Assembly (NCBI GenBank): GCA_963668645.2
Contig: CAXXWC010000020.1
Location: forward strand, 96,001-160,000
Direction: 5' to 3'
DNA length: 64,000 nt
Source: Desulfobacterales bacterium
GTDB taxonomy: Bacteria > Desulfobacterota > Desulfobacteria > Desulfobacterales > UBA2174
Shown here: one piece after another, positions 9,657 through 19,923 of the stretch
Position numbering within the stretch: position 1 is the first letter of the stretch
Layout: each line of letters begins with the position of its first letter
Program-made: the position numbers and the translations under genes
The notes under the pieces: model-generated
Told to the model about the DNA's origin: nothing
Database searches by the model: none
Seen by the model: only the letters and a program-made list of their open reading frames with translations

Positions 9657-10336
9657 GGTTGCCCGTTTCCGATCATATACCCGACCCCGCGGATGGTCCG
9701 GATAATTTTCCCCCGGCCCGAATCCCCTATCTTATGACGCAGGTTTTTGATGTGGACATCCATGAAATTGGACATGCTGAAAGGGTCGAAGTCGTCCCCC
9801 CAGACATGCTCCGTCAGGCTGAACCGCGATACGGTCCGGTTCTTGTTGTGCAGGAGAAACTCAAGGATGGAAAACTCCCTGGGGGTCAGCTCCACCGGTT
9901 TTCCACGCTTGGTCACTTTGCGTGTTACCGTGTCAAGTTCAAGGTCGGCAACCTGCAAGACCGAGTCGCACTGGCCTCCGGTTCTTCTCATCAAAGCCCG
10001 CACGCGGGCCAACAGTTCGTCAATGGAAAACGGTTTGGCCAGATAATCGTCCGCTCCAAGATCGAGTCCCCTGACCCGATCCCCCACATCTCCCTTGGCG
10101 GTAAGCATGAGCACCGGAGTCTCTATTCCCGCCTTTCGCATCTGCTTCAAAAGGGTCATTCCGTCCATTGCGGGCATCATGATGTCAAGCAGGATGGCGT
10201 CGAAGGGGGCTTCGAACAGTTTGTCCAAGGCCGTTTTCCCATCGGTTGCCGTCTCGACGATGTAACGTTGGCCGGTTAAAATATTCTGCAATTGTTCCAG
10301 CAACGAGCTGTCGTCATCTGCGATCAGGATTCTCAC
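9653..10336 (-). CDS. OmpR-family response regulator
   Basis: RILIADDD, LLDIMMP, MLTA, GADDYLAKPF, LTPREF, IRTIRGVGY; GTG start with GGAG upstream. Confidence 0.93.
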   Translation of the reverse strand: MRILIADDDSSLLEQLQNILTGQRYIVETATDGKTALDKLFEAPFDAILLDIMMPAMDGMTLLKQMRKAGIETPVLMLTAKGDVGDRVRGLDLGADDYLAKPFSIDELLARVRALMRRTGGQCDSVLQVADLELDTVTRKVTKRGKPVELTPREFSILEFLLHNKNRTVSRFSLTEHVWGDDFDPFSMSNFMDVHIKNLRHKIGDSGRGKIIRTIRGVGYMIGNGQP

Positions 10337-10438
10337 AGGCGTGCGTCTCCAAAGAGGGTCCGGTTTTTTACCATGTTTTGCCGATCGTCCATCCGGTCCG
10401 TCAGGTGGTGCCGGGGGGTGCGGCAAAATGCGGGCCAA

Positions 10439-12115
10439 TCAATACTTCCATAACCCATAACCCGAAGGGGCGCTGCGGTCCTGATAAGCGGGCGCCGGAA
10501 GCTGAGCCCGCCAACGATCCATATTCTCGACCCGGGCGATCAGCACCGTTCTGCCCCGGTTTACATCGATCAGGCCGGCAGCCGAGCGCAGGTCAAGCAA
10601 TCTTGAGCCTGCATCCTGATAGGTCAATCCATAATCGAGTTCGCCCGTGTTTCCAAGCACGTAAACATCGTTTCGTTTCAAATACCAGCAGACCGCCCTG
10701 ATGGAATTTTCGTCGGCAATGATCATTGCGTCATCGGCTATGGCCTGGGCGTGCTGTTGGATAAAAGGACCGGGCGACTTCACCGCGTTGGTTTGATCCG
10801 GCACGGTAAAATGAACGCTGAAAAATAGGATAAGCGGCGCCATGCCGTAAATGATGACCTTGTCTTTTCCCCGGCGACTTTTCAAGGCCCAGAAACAAGA
10901 CAGGATCAAGAAAACAAGGCCATTGACAACCATCACGACCTGCCAGTGCCTGGCATATGGCCGGAACTGATTGAAGCCGACCCATTGAACAATCAAGAAT
11001 CCAGCCAGGATCAGCCCGAACAACGTTGCGCATCCGGCAATCCCCCCCTGGAAAAGCCTGTTGCCGCCTTTCTGCCTGAAGATATGCGTCATCCCGTAGG
11101 CCATGAGGATGGCAAAGGGGGGAAAGCAGGGCAGAATATAGGTGAGCAGCTTTCCGTTGGACAGCGAGAAAAACAAAAAGGGCAGCGCCAGCCAGCAAAG
11201 GCATAACTTTGCCAGCCGGCCCCGGGCGCCCTGTTCTGACAGGCGTCTTCTTATTCCCGGTACGGCCGCAGGGACCACAAAGATCCAGGGCATCACCACT
11301 GCCGGCGCCGTCAAAAAGTAAAACCAAAAAGACGCCTTGTGCTGGGCGTTGTGGGCCATAAAACGGCGGATATGTTCATTCCAGAAAAAATAGCGCCAAA
11401 AATCCGGTTCGTTCAGATGGATGGCAATACTCCAGGGCAGGGCCGCCAGGATTGCGCCAAGAAAGGGCAGCCAGCTCATGCGCAATAGATCCGAATACCG
11501 GCGTTGCCACACCAGATAGGGGGCCAGGCCCAAGACGGGTATGGCAAAGGCGAGAAACCCCTTGGTCAAAAAGGCCAGGCCGCAGGCCAGTCCGGCTAGC
11601 GCCAAAAAGCCTTTTTCCCCTGGCGAACCCGGCTGCGCTTCGGATGCGAAGAAGAAGGCCGTGATGGAAGCGGTCAGAAAGAGGGCGAAAAGGTTGTCCA
11701 GGACAGCGGTGTTGCCTACCCCGAAAACCCAGAAGCAGGACAAAAAGACCAGGGCCGCCAGGCGGGCCGCGACACCGTCATCCTCACCCTCGCAACGCGA
11801 AGCGCGCCTTACCGATACAAAGATCAACAATGCCGTCAACCCGACCGCCAACGCGGACGGCAGGCGAACGGCAAAATTGTTATCCCCGAAAAGCAGGAGC
11901 GATCCGGCATGCACCCAGTACCCCAGCACCGGTTTTTCAAAATAGCGCAGGCCGTCGAGGTGAGGCACGATCCAGTCGCCGGATGCGATCATCTCCCGGG
12001 GAATCTCGGCATAGCGCGTTTCATCCGGTACGACGAGGTCGCGAACCCCCAGGGGCATAAGGTATGACAGCACAAAGAACAACAGCAGGGCGGCATGTCC
12101 CGTTTTACCGTTCAT
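10439..12115 (-). CDS. arnT: 4-amino-4-deoxy-L-arabinose transferase
   Basis: PDETRYAEIPREM..GDWIVPHL.G.RYFEKP, FLTKG, EHIRRF, KLLTYILPC. Confidence 0.93.
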   Translation of the reverse strand: MNGKTGHAALLLFFVLSYLMPLGVRDLVVPDETRYAEIPREMIASGDWIVPHLDGLRYFEKPVLGYWVHAGSLLLFGDNNFAVRLPSALAVGLTALLIFVSVRRASRCEGEDDGVAARLAALVFLSCFWVFGVGNTAVLDNLFALFLTASITAFFFASEAQPGSPGEKGFLALAGLACGLAFLTKGFLAFAIPVLGLAPYLVWQRRYSDLLRMSWLPFLGAILAALPWSIAIHLNEPDFWRYFFWNEHIRRFMAHNAQHKASFWFYFLTAPAVVMPWIFVVPAAVPGIRRRLSEQGARGRLAKLCLCWLALPFLFFSLSNGKLLTYILPCFPPFAILMAYGMTHIFRQKGGNRLFQGGIAGCATLFGLILAGFLIVQWVGFNQFRPYARHWQVVMVVNGLVFLILSCFWALKSRRGKDKVIIYGMAPLILFFSVHFTVPDQTNAVKSPGPFIQQHAQAIADDAMIIADENSIRAVCWYLKRNDVYVLGNTGELDYGLTYQDAGSRLLDLRSAAGLIDVNRGRTVLIARVENMDRWRAQLPAPAYQDRSAPSGYGLWKY

Positions 12116-12145
12116 CGGTTTCCTCTGTTCGATCGATTCGTCGTT

Positions 12146-13063
12146 TCAAAAAGGGGCGGCCGGTTGATCCAAACCGGCGGTTTGCGCCTGGCAGGCCAGC
12201 CAGCCGTCTCTTCCGATCAGCGCCGCCGGGTGGATGCCCGATTGCGGGATGTCCGGGCTGCGCGAGGCGAGGTCGCCGAGGGGCCTGAAGTCGATACCGC
12301 GGCGTGCGGCCTTGTCCAGGAAATCTTCCAACAGGGCCAGGCAACCGATCCCTTCCACTTCGGCGTGGAGGGTCAGTACGTTGAGCCGGCCGGGGCGGAT
12401 CATGGCGAGCAAACAGTCATTGTAGGTTTCCGGCGTGCATTTCAGGCCGATGAGCTCATCGTAGGTCGGAAGGGTGACCGGCACCTGGACATGGCGCAAC
12501 CGTCGGCCCGGGATGATGGGGTAAAAGCGGCCATGGCCGCGGCAGTCGGATTGGTATCGGAAAGCAAATTGCTCCAGGGCTGCAAGGGCCTCGGGGGTGA
12601 CCCGCCAGGCGGGGGCTGCAAAACTCTCGGGCGCCCTTCCCAGGATCTGCGTCAGCAGCCCCATCCCCTTTTTGACTTCATCGTACACGGCGGTTCGGTC
12701 CATCCTCTCGATCCGTGTCTGCCAGCGGTGATGGTCCCAGGCATGCAGTCCGACCTCGTGGCCCGCTTCGGCGGTTGCGCGGATCGGGCCCGGGCAGCGC
12801 CTGCCGATCACCGGACCGGGCCAAAGCGTTCCCCGCAAGAGGATATCCCAACCATAGAGACCGGCCGCCCGGGTTCTGAACATCTTGGCCAGAAAAGCGG
12901 GCCGCAGCAGGCGCCACAGATGGCGGCCCATGTTGTCCGGCCCCACCGAAAAAAAGAAGCTGGCCCGGATATGGCGGCGGCCCAGCGAAGCGATCAGGTT
13001 CGGGACCCCGAGGCGGGTGCCGCGCAGGGTGTCGACGTCTATACGCAGGCCGATAGGGCACAT
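12146..13063 (-). CDS. arnD: Undecaprenyl-phosphate-L-Ara4FN deformylase
   Basis: [44 protein letters not shown]. Confidence 0.95.
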   Translation of the reverse strand: MCPIGLRIDVDTLRGTRLGVPNLIASLGRRHIRASFFFSVGPDNMGRHLWRLLRPAFLAKMFRTRAAGLYGWDILLRGTLWPGPVIGRRCPGPIRATAEAGHEVGLHAWDHHRWQTRIERMDRTAVYDEVKKGMGLLTQILGRAPESFAAPAWRVTPEALAALEQFAFRYQSDCRGHGRFYPIIPGRRLRHVQVPVTLPTYDELIGLKCTPETYNDCLLAMIRPGRLNVLTLHAEVEGIGCLALLEDFLDKAARRGIDFRPLGDLASRSPDIPQSGIHPAALIGRDGWLACQAQTAGLDQPAAPF

Positions 13064-15051
13064 GATCCGTCCGGGGTGCAGTCCACGACATCGTGGAGAA
13101 AGTAATCGAGGGTTTCATTGATCGACTGGGCAAAAGGCACCTTCGGCTGCCATCCCAGAATCCGCTGTGCCTCCCGGATGGAGGGACGGCGGTGCTGGAC
13201 GTCCTGGTAGCCCGATCCGTAAAACGCCCGCGCTTCGATGCACTGGATCCCGCCATCGGGAGGGAAGAAGCGGCGAAGCGGGTGGGCGGCGAATCTTTCC
13301 CGGAGCATGTCGGCCAGCTCTTGCATGCTGAATTCGTTGTCCGGGTTGCCGATATTGAAGATCCGGCCGTTGCAGCCCCCCTGCGGGTCCTCGATGATGC
13401 GGAACAGGCAGTCGATGCCGTCCTTGACATCGGTAAAGCAGCGCTTCTGGCGCCCGCCGTCCACCAGTCGAATCGGGGACCCCTGCACCAGGTTCAGGAT
13501 GAACTGGGTGATCACCCGGGAGCTGCCGATGCGGGCGGATTGCAGCGAGTCGAGTTTGGGGCCGACCCAGTTGAAGGGTCGAAACAGGGTGAAGGCCAGA
13601 CCGCGGTCGGCACCGTAGGCCCAGATCACCCGATCGAGCATCTGTTTGCTGCACGAGTAGATCCAACGCTGTTTGTGGATCGGCCCCAGGACGAAATTGG
13701 ATCGCTGCTCGTCAAACTCGGAATCGTCACACATGCCGTAGACCTCCGAGGTTGAGGGGAAAATCAAGCGCTTGCCGTATTTCACGCAATAGCGGACGAT
13801 GCGCAGGTTTTCCTCGAAATCGAGTTCGAACACCTTCAGGGGGTTGCGGACATACTCGATGGGGGTAGCGATGGCCACCAGCGGCAGGATGATGTCGCAC
13901 TTGCGCACATGATACTCGATCCATTCTCGCATGATCGAGATGTCCCCTTCGGTGAAATGAAAGTCCGCCCGTCCCATCAGGTGTTCAATACTGTTGGCGC
14001 ACAAATCCATGCCGTGCACTTCGTAGCGGCCGCTTTCCAGCAGCCGCTGGCTGAGATGGTTGCCGATAAAGCCGTTCACCCCGAGGATCAGCACATGCTT
14101 CTTGCGCCGCTGTTCCTGGACCGCATCCGTCCGGCCGTTGAATCGTATGCCGACGGCCAGGTTGAGCTCCTGCGCCAGTTGCCTGCCGCTCATGTAGACG
14201 CCGCCTTCAGGCTGGGCAAAGCGCACCTCAACCCCGCCGCGGCCGCAGGCGATGATCAATGGATCCGTGGAAACCACCGTGCCCGCAGATGCATCACCGG
14301 GACAGGTTGCGGCGGCGACCTGCCAAAAGAGGCATTTGTGATTGCCGAGCCAGGAAAAAGCGCCCGGATAGGGCCGGGTCACCGCCCGCACCAGGTTGCA
14401 CACGCTGCCGGCGTCCGTTGTCCAGTCGATGACGCCGTCCGCCGGTTTCCGCCCGCGGCAATAGCCGGCCTTCGACGGATCCTGCGGTCTGCGCCCGGCC
14501 CGGTTCTGGCGGATTTCCGGCAGCAGGTCGTCCAGCAGTCCGCCGGCCGCGACGGCAAGCTTTCGGTGAAGGCTGGTGGCCGTGTCGTCATCATCGATGG
14601 ATACGGGCTTTTGCCCGACGATGTCGCCGTCATCCGGCCGTTGCGTCATATGGTGCAGGGTGACCCCGGTTTGCTTTTCACCGTGGATCAGAACCCAATT
14701 CACCGGGCACCGGCCCCGATAGCGGGGCAAAAGCGAGCCGTGCAGGTTGAGGCACCCGAGCGGCGGAACAGCGAGAATCTCTTTGCCCACCAGGTTCCGG
14801 TAATAGAATGAAAAGAGGATCTGCGGCCCCATTTCCCTTATTTGGGCAACCCAGAGGGGATGGTTGATATCCTCCGGCACATAGACCGGGATACTGTGGG
14901 CCGCCGCCAGTTCGGCCACCGACTCGAACCAGAGATTCTCATTCGGATCGTCTCTATGGGTGAAGACCGCCTGGATTTCGAATCCATGGGCCAGGAGCGC
15001 TCTGATGCCGACGCATCCGATGTTATGGTAGGCAAGAACAACGGTTTTCAT
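13039..15051 (-). CDS. arnA: Bifunctional UDP-GlcA dehydrogenase/decarboxylase and UDP-L-Ara4N formyltransferase
   Basis: [51 protein letters not shown]. Confidence 0.96.
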   Translation of the reverse strand: MKTVVLAYHNIGCVGIRALLAHGFEIQAVFTHRDDPNENLWFESVAELAAAHSIPVYVPEDINHPLWVAQIREMGPQILFSFYYRNLVGKEILAVPPLGCLNLHGSLLPRYRGRCPVNWVLIHGEKQTGVTLHHMTQRPDDGDIVGQKPVSIDDDDTATSLHRKLAVAAGGLLDDLLPEIRQNRAGRRPQDPSKAGYCRGRKPADGVIDWTTDAGSVCNLVRAVTRPYPGAFSWLGNHKCLFWQVAAATCPGDASAGTVVSTDPLIIACGRGGVEVRFAQPEGGVYMSGRQLAQELNLAVGIRFNGRTDAVQEQRRKKHVLILGVNGFIGNHLSQRLLESGRYEVHGMDLCANSIEHLMGRADFHFTEGDISIMREWIEYHVRKCDIILPLVAIATPIEYVRNPLKVFELDFEENLRIVRYCVKYGKRLIFPSTSEVYGMCDDSEFDEQRSNFVLGPIHKQRWIYSCSKQMLDRVIWAYGADRGLAFTLFRPFNWVGPKLDSLQSARIGSSRVITQFILNLVQGSPIRLVDGGRQKRCFTDVKDGIDCLFRIIEDPQGGCNGRIFNIGNPDNEFSMQELADMLRERFAAHPLRRFFPPDGGIQCIEARAFYGSGYQDVQHRRPSIREAQRILGWQPKVPFAQSINETLDYFLHDVVDCTPDGSCALSACV

Positions 15052-16076
15052 GGGGTTCTCCTGAACGCAGGTCCAGCCGTTGCGATCCGCAACCCGGCCT
15101 GCGATTCGGTGCCGGATTGGCCACCCCTTGTCACCGGTGGGGGGGCGCCATGAATTGCGTGGATGAAAAAACGGGGTCTGCTGCGAACATCGTGATAGAT
15201 CCGTCCGATGTATTCGCCGAGCAGCCCGAGGCCGATAAATTGGGCGCCGATAAAGACAAAAAGGACGGCAAAGAGCGTGAACACCCCCTCGCCGGCCCAC
15301 ACGGCCCCGTAGACCAGCCGCAGGACCATGAGCACGGCCCCGAAACCGACGCCGGAGGCGGCGATTACCGCTCCCAGCAAAGAGAGCAGGCGCAAGGGAA
15401 AGGTGGACATGGCGGTGAGCAGGTCGAACTGGAGCGAAACCAGTTTGATGATACCGTACTTGGAACTGCCGTTTTCGCGGCGTGCGTGCTGCACCTGGAT
15501 TTCGGCGGTTTTGCCGGCAAAGCTGTTTGCCAGAATGGGAATGAAGGTGGACCGTTCCGTGCATTGGAGCATGGCCTCGACCACCGGGCGCCGGTAGGCC
15601 CGCAGCATGCACCCGTAATCATGCATCATCACGCCGGTGGCCTGCCGGACCATACGGTTGACCAGCGCCGAGGCCATGCGGCGGAAGACCGAGTCCTGCC
15701 GGCATCGGCGCACCGTCCCCACGACATCCACGCCCCGGTCCATCTCGCGCACCAGGTTCGGGATCTCCTCGGGAGGATTTTGAAGATCGGCATCCAGGGT
15801 GACGACGATCTCTCCCCGGCTTTGCTCCAGACCGGCGAACACGGCGGCGTGCTGCCCGTAATTGCGGTTTAAGATCACGCCGATCACCTCGGGGTGACGC
15901 TTGGCGGACCGGGCGAGGATCTCGTGAGAACCGTCCAGGCTGCCGTCATCCACCAGGATGATCTCGAAGGGCCGCCCGGTGGTGCGGCAGGCCGACAGAC
16001 AACGCGCGATGAGTTCAGGCAGGTTTTTTTCTTCATTATAGGCCGGGATGACGAGCGAAAGCGCCGGTGCGTTCAT
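15048..16076 (-). CDS. arnC: Undecaprenyl-phosphate L-Ara4FN transferase (GT2)
   Basis: [45 protein letters not shown]. Confidence 0.94.
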   Translation of the reverse strand: MNAPALSLVIPAYNEEKNLPELIARCLSACRTTGRPFEIILVDDGSLDGSHEILARSAKRHPEVIGVILNRNYGQHAAVFAGLEQSRGEIVVTLDADLQNPPEEIPNLVREMDRGVDVVGTVRRCRQDSVFRRMASALVNRMVRQATGVMMHDYGCMLRAYRRPVVEAMLQCTERSTFIPILANSFAGKTAEIQVQHARRENGSSKYGIIKLVSLQFDLLTAMSTFPLRLLSLLGAVIAASGVGFGAVLMVLRLVYGAVWAGEGVFTLFAVLFVFIGAQFIGLGLLGEYIGRIYHDVRSRPRFFIHAIHGAPPPVTRGGQSGTESQAGLRIATAGPAFRRTP

Positions 16077-17221
16077 GCGAGCACCTCTTTGATGGTCGCG
16101 ACCACCTCTTGCACCTCTTCCGCAGTCATGTCGGCAAACAGGGGAAGGGAACAGATCCGATCCGAATTCCACTCGGTGTTCGGCAGGCGGCCTGGGGCCA
16201 GGTGCAACGTCTCGCGGTAGTATTGCTGCCGGTGCACCGCCTTGAAATGGATGCCGGTGCCGATATTGCGCTTTTTCAGCTCCGCCATGAAGATCTGCCG
16301 ATCCATGCCGGCGCGCCGGGTGGCCAGACGGACAACGAAAAGGTGCCAGGCGTGGCGCACGGGATGCGACGGTAGGGCAAGAGGCCGGATTTCATCCACG
16401 TCGCTGAGCAGTTCCCGGTAGCGGGCGGCCAGAAGCGCCCGTTTGCGGTTGAATTCATCCAGCCGGCGCAGTTGACCCAGCCCGAGGACCGCCGCCATAT
16501 CGGTCAGGTTGTACTTGAATCCGGGCGCCTGCACTTCGGCCTGGGCGGACCGGCCCTGCATGAGGCGGTCATGGGCATCCACGCCAAGCCCGTGAAACCT
16601 CAGGCGGCGGATGCGTTCGATAAGATCGGGGCTGTCGGTACAAAACATCCCTCCCTCGGCGCAGGTCATGTTTTTGATGGGATGAAAGGAAAAGATTGCG
16701 GTGCCGCGCCGGCCGATCTTTTCCCCCCGGTATTCGGCGCCAGCGGCATGGGCCGCGTCTTCGACCAGATGGATACCCTTGGCCGAAGCCAGTTGCCGCA
16801 GCGGGTCCATGTCTACTGCCGCGCCGGCAAAATGCACCGGAACGATCAGCCGGGTACGCTCGGTGACCAGCGGTTCAACGGCTTCGGCCGAGAGCAGGAG
16901 GGTATCACGGTCGATATCCGCGAAAACCGGGGTGGCACCGCAAAGCACGATGAGGTTGACCGTGGAAACCCAGGTCATCGAGGGGGTGATCACCTCGTCG
17001 CCGGGTCCGATGCCCAAGGCGGTCAGCAGAAGATGCATGCCCGCAGTGCCGGAAGACAGGGCCGCGGTTGCCCCGGCATTACAGTAGGCTTGGAAGGCCG
17101 CTTCAAACTCGGCCGTTTTCGGGCCGGTGGTGATCCACCCGGAGCGCAGGACAGCGGCCACCGCTTCGATTTCCGGCTCGCTGATGGACGGTCTGGAAAA
17201 CGGCAGGAAGGAAGAACGCAT
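16073..17221 (-). CDS. arnB: UDP-4-keto-arabinose aminotransferase
   Basis: FLPFSRP, SGWITTGPK, EDAAHA, FSFHPIKN, PGFKYNL. Confidence 0.94.
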   Translation of the reverse strand: MRSSFLPFSRPSISEPEIEAVAAVLRSGWITTGPKTAEFEAAFQAYCNAGATAALSSGTAGMHLLLTALGIGPGDEVITPSMTWVSTVNLIVLCGATPVFADIDRDTLLLSAEAVEPLVTERTRLIVPVHFAGAAVDMDPLRQLASAKGIHLVEDAAHAAGAEYRGEKIGRRGTAIFSFHPIKNMTCAEGGMFCTDSPDLIERIRRLRFHGLGVDAHDRLMQGRSAQAEVQAPGFKYNLTDMAAVLGLGQLRRLDEFNRKRALLAARYRELLSDVDEIRPLALPSHPVRHAWHLFVVRLATRRAGMDRQIFMAELKKRNIGTGIHFKAVHRQQYYRETLHLAPGRLPNTEWNSDRICSLPLFADMTAEEVQEVVATIKEVLA

Positions 17222-17317
17222 ATCTGTTTGCCCTCGAACGCGAAATACGATCACCGCCGTGTATGGCGGCCAGAAGAACCGGTCCGCATCCTTGCGGGTC
17301 AACCCGATTCGACGGGC

Positions 17318-17350
17318 AATGTAGCAGGTCAAAATGAAGAAAGAATGAAG
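17318..17350 (-). promoter_or_regulatory. arn operon promoter: OmpR/PmrA-type direct repeat plus -10 element
   Basis: Minus strand CTTCAT-tcttt-CTTCAT, then 10 nt, then TACATT (preceded by TG). Confidence 0.65.
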
Positions 17351-17434
17351 ACGGGGGCAGGAAAAACGGTTCTCGCAAGGATGAACGGTTCGCTTCAGCG
17401 CCAGAGGCGCTGCCGGATCACGGTCTTTGGCTGA

Positions 17435-18616
17435 TTAATCGCTTTGAGATCCGGGCGTTGATAATTCCGGTTTCAGGGAGGCGGCCATCAAGAGCCCCCC
17501 GCCAAGGGCGATCCCGGCGCTGACCAGAAACAGCGGCCGCGCTCCCAGAACCTCGAAGAGATACCCGTTGAGAAAAAATCCGGCCATCAACCCGAGCCCG
17601 TAGGTCACCGCGTTGTTGAGGGCTTGGCCGAGGGTCTTGGCTTCAGGCGGCATCAGCGTGTCGATATACAGGATGCTGGCCATGTGAAAGGCCCCGTAGG
17701 TCACGGCGTGCAGCAGCTGGGTGGCCACGATGGCCGCAGGGGCGCTGGCGGACCAGACCAGGAACCAGCGCAGGGCTGCGGCCCCGAAGGAGAAGACCAG
17801 CACCTGGTTCAGGGAAAAGCGGCCGAAAAGTTTTTCTGAACTGAGCATGGCCACGATTTCGGCCATGGACGCCAGGGCCCAGGCCATGGCGATAAAAGGC
17901 GGCGTGTGGCCGCATTGCTCCAGGTAGATGGAAAAAAAACCGTAGTAGGCGCCGTGGCTGACCAGCATGAGAAAGGCGCCGCCCAAAAAGAGCCACAGGC
18001 GCGGCTGGTAAAGCGGTTTGGCCCCGCGCCACACCGGCCGTCCCGGGCCGGAGGCTGGCCGCGGCAGGGCTGTGGCGAAGAGGGCCTGGAGGGCCGAGCC
18101 GACCAGAATCAAAATCAGAATGATTTGTACCGGGTGGCGGGAGAGCACCTGGCCCATGGCCAGGACCACGACGATAAAGCCGATGGACCCCCAGGCCCGC
18201 AGGGCGCCGTAGCGCCGTTTGCGTTCGCCCAGGGCGTCCAGGCTGAACGCTTCGAGAAAGGAGATCAGCGGGGCGTAGAAGATCCCGTAGACCAGGGTGA
18301 CCAGGAGCATCGGGACGAACCGGTCGCTGGCCATGTAAAAAGACCAGGCAACCGCGCTGGCCAGGCTGCAACCGATGAAGATGGCCCGCCGGCGGTGGAA
18401 GCGGTCGGCCAGCACCGACCAGGCCAGGGCCGAAACCACCAGCACCACCGAGCGCAGGGCCGAGATGATCCCGATCTGGAGGCCGGAAAAACCGATGTGG
18501 TAGCAGTAGAGGTTGAAATACGGCAGGTAGATGCCAAAGACACCGAAGTAAAGCAGGTATTGGAGGCCCACCAGGGCCAGGTGCGGCCGCGATCCGTCTG
18601 CTTGCATGCCGGTCAT
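17435..18616 (-). CDS. MFS transporter (MFS_1-like, HcaT/nucleoside type)
   Basis: YFGVFGIYLPYF, LADR, YG.LR.WGSIGF, QLLHAVTYG; about 12 TM segments. Confidence 0.88.
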   Translation of the reverse strand: MTGMQADGSRPHLALVGLQYLLYFGVFGIYLPYFNLYCYHIGFSGLQIGIISALRSVVLVVSALAWSVLADRFHRRRAIFIGCSLASAVAWSFYMASDRFVPMLLVTLVYGIFYAPLISFLEAFSLDALGERKRRYGALRAWGSIGFIVVVLAMGQVLSRHPVQIILILILVGSALQALFATALPRPASGPGRPVWRGAKPLYQPRLWLFLGGAFLMLVSHGAYYGFFSIYLEQCGHTPPFIAMAWALASMAEIVAMLSSEKLFGRFSLNQVLVFSFGAAALRWFLVWSASAPAAIVATQLLHAVTYGAFHMASILYIDTLMPPEAKTLGQALNNAVTYGLGLMAGFFLNGYLFEVLGARPLFLVSAGIALGGGLLMAASLKPELSTPGSQSD

Positions 18617-18664
18617 GATAGCCTGAAAGCGGCTTGCGGGCAAAGCCTATCGCTTGTTCGGGCG

Positions 18665-19120
18665 TCAATCGATGGCGATGGGAATCTTGCGGACCTTTTC
18701 AGCCTCGGGTTTGGGAATGCGGATCTCCAGGACCCCGTCCTTGAAGCGCGCTGAAATGGAGGACGGGTCCACCGGGGCACGCATGCGGAACGTGCGCCTG
18801 AAGGTGCCGCAACCGCGTTCCTTGAGAATGTAGCCCTGGTCGGGCACGGGGGCGTCGTCGGCATCGCCGCGCTTGCCGCTCAGGGTCAAGACCTCGTCTT
18901 TGATCTCAAGGGCGATCTGCTCCTTGGCCACCCCGGGCAAATCCGCCACCACCACCATGCCCTGATCGTCCTCGTAAATATCCACATCGGGTTTCCAGGC
19001 GCAGGCGGCCAAGGCCTCGTCCCCTCCCGATGCGCTGCTGAAGGCCTCCTCGAACATACGGTTGATCCGGTCCTGAAGCCTGGAAAGGTTGTTAAAGGGC
19101 TCCCAGCGAATGATGGCCAT
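18665..19120 (-). CDS. Hsp20/alpha-crystallin small heat shock protein
   Basis: RWEPF, PDVDIYE, ADLPGV, ER..G.FRR, A.FKDGVLEIRIPK. Confidence 0.93.
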   Translation of the reverse strand: MAIIRWEPFNNLSRLQDRINRMFEEAFSSASGGDEALAACAWKPDVDIYEDDQGMVVVADLPGVAKEQIALEIKDEVLTLSGKRGDADDAPVPDQGYILKERGCGTFRRTFRMRAPVDPSSISARFKDGVLEIRIPKPEAEKVRKIPIAID

Positions 19121-19403
19121 ATCCCCTCCTTGGGTGACGGTGTCAACGTTTTATTCTAACCACCGCGCAGGCCGAGTCAAGGTGGGCGGCAGGGTGCCGA
19201 TTTTGGAAAATTCCATAAGATTTCAACCCTCTGCCGTTTCGGCCGCCCTTTACAAGGCCTCTTTTCGATGTTAGGTTTAGCAGCGTTTGCCGCTGTTGGA
19301 CGCCGCCGGCCCCAGCCGGAGCGGCCCCGGAGCGAAGCGCTGCGTTCGAAAATGACGGCGCGTCCGACTGCCATGCGCCACCGATCAACCCCAGGAGCCG
19401 AAC

Positions 19404-19853
19404 ATGGACTATATCAAAATTCGCTTTGGCAAGGATTTCGATCCGCTGGGATCAGGCTTCGAGCGAACCCTGGAGGACATCTTCCGCCCGCGTGCGGTCA
19501 ATCCGATGTTCAGCAGCTCCGGCAGTTGGACCCCTCCCATGGACATCTGCGAAACCCCGGAAGAAATCTTGCTGTGGGCAGAGATTTCCGGCGTTTCGAA
19601 GGAAGACCTGGAGGTGGAGATCAACAGCCGCGCGGTGCGTATCCACGGCCAGCGCAGTGAACCGCCGCGAAGCCGCAACGCCACCTACCGCCTGGCGGAG
19701 ATCCAGTACGGGCGTTTCGAACGGATCATTTACCTGCCGGCGCCCATTGATCCTGAGGTGGTCTCTTCGTCTTACACCAACGGCTTTTTGCAGATCCGGC
19801 TGGCCAAGCTGCAGCAGGACAAACCGCAGCGAATCCAGATCCTGGACGGATGA
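19404..19853 (+). CDS. Hsp20/alpha-crystallin small heat shock protein
   Basis: [33 protein letters not shown]. Confidence 0.9.
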   Translation: MDYIKIRFGKDFDPLGSGFERTLEDIFRPRAVNPMFSSSGSWTPPMDICETPEEILLWAEISGVSKEDLEVEINSRAVRIHGQRSEPPRSRNATYRLAEIQYGRFERIIYLPAPIDPEVVSSSYTNGFLQIRLAKLQQDKPQRIQILDG

Positions 19854-19923
19854 CGACGATGCCCGGCCGCTGGAGCCGTTACTGCAATCGGCAAGCCTTT
19901 TCGCTTTTTTCGTGGAGGTCCCC

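Noticed and set aside
13039..15612. Apparent long N-terminal extensions of ArnA, Lon, GmhB, RecD2, radical SAM (27923), MltA and YcaO (46906) ORFs
   Set aside because: Extensions overlap upstream genes in other frames; internal starts with RBS or coupled stops fit family N-termini.
19121..19403. CIRCE or sigma32 element between the hsp20 genes
   Set aside because: TTAGCAGCG lacks the matching GAGTGCTAA half, and no CCCCAT -10 was found.
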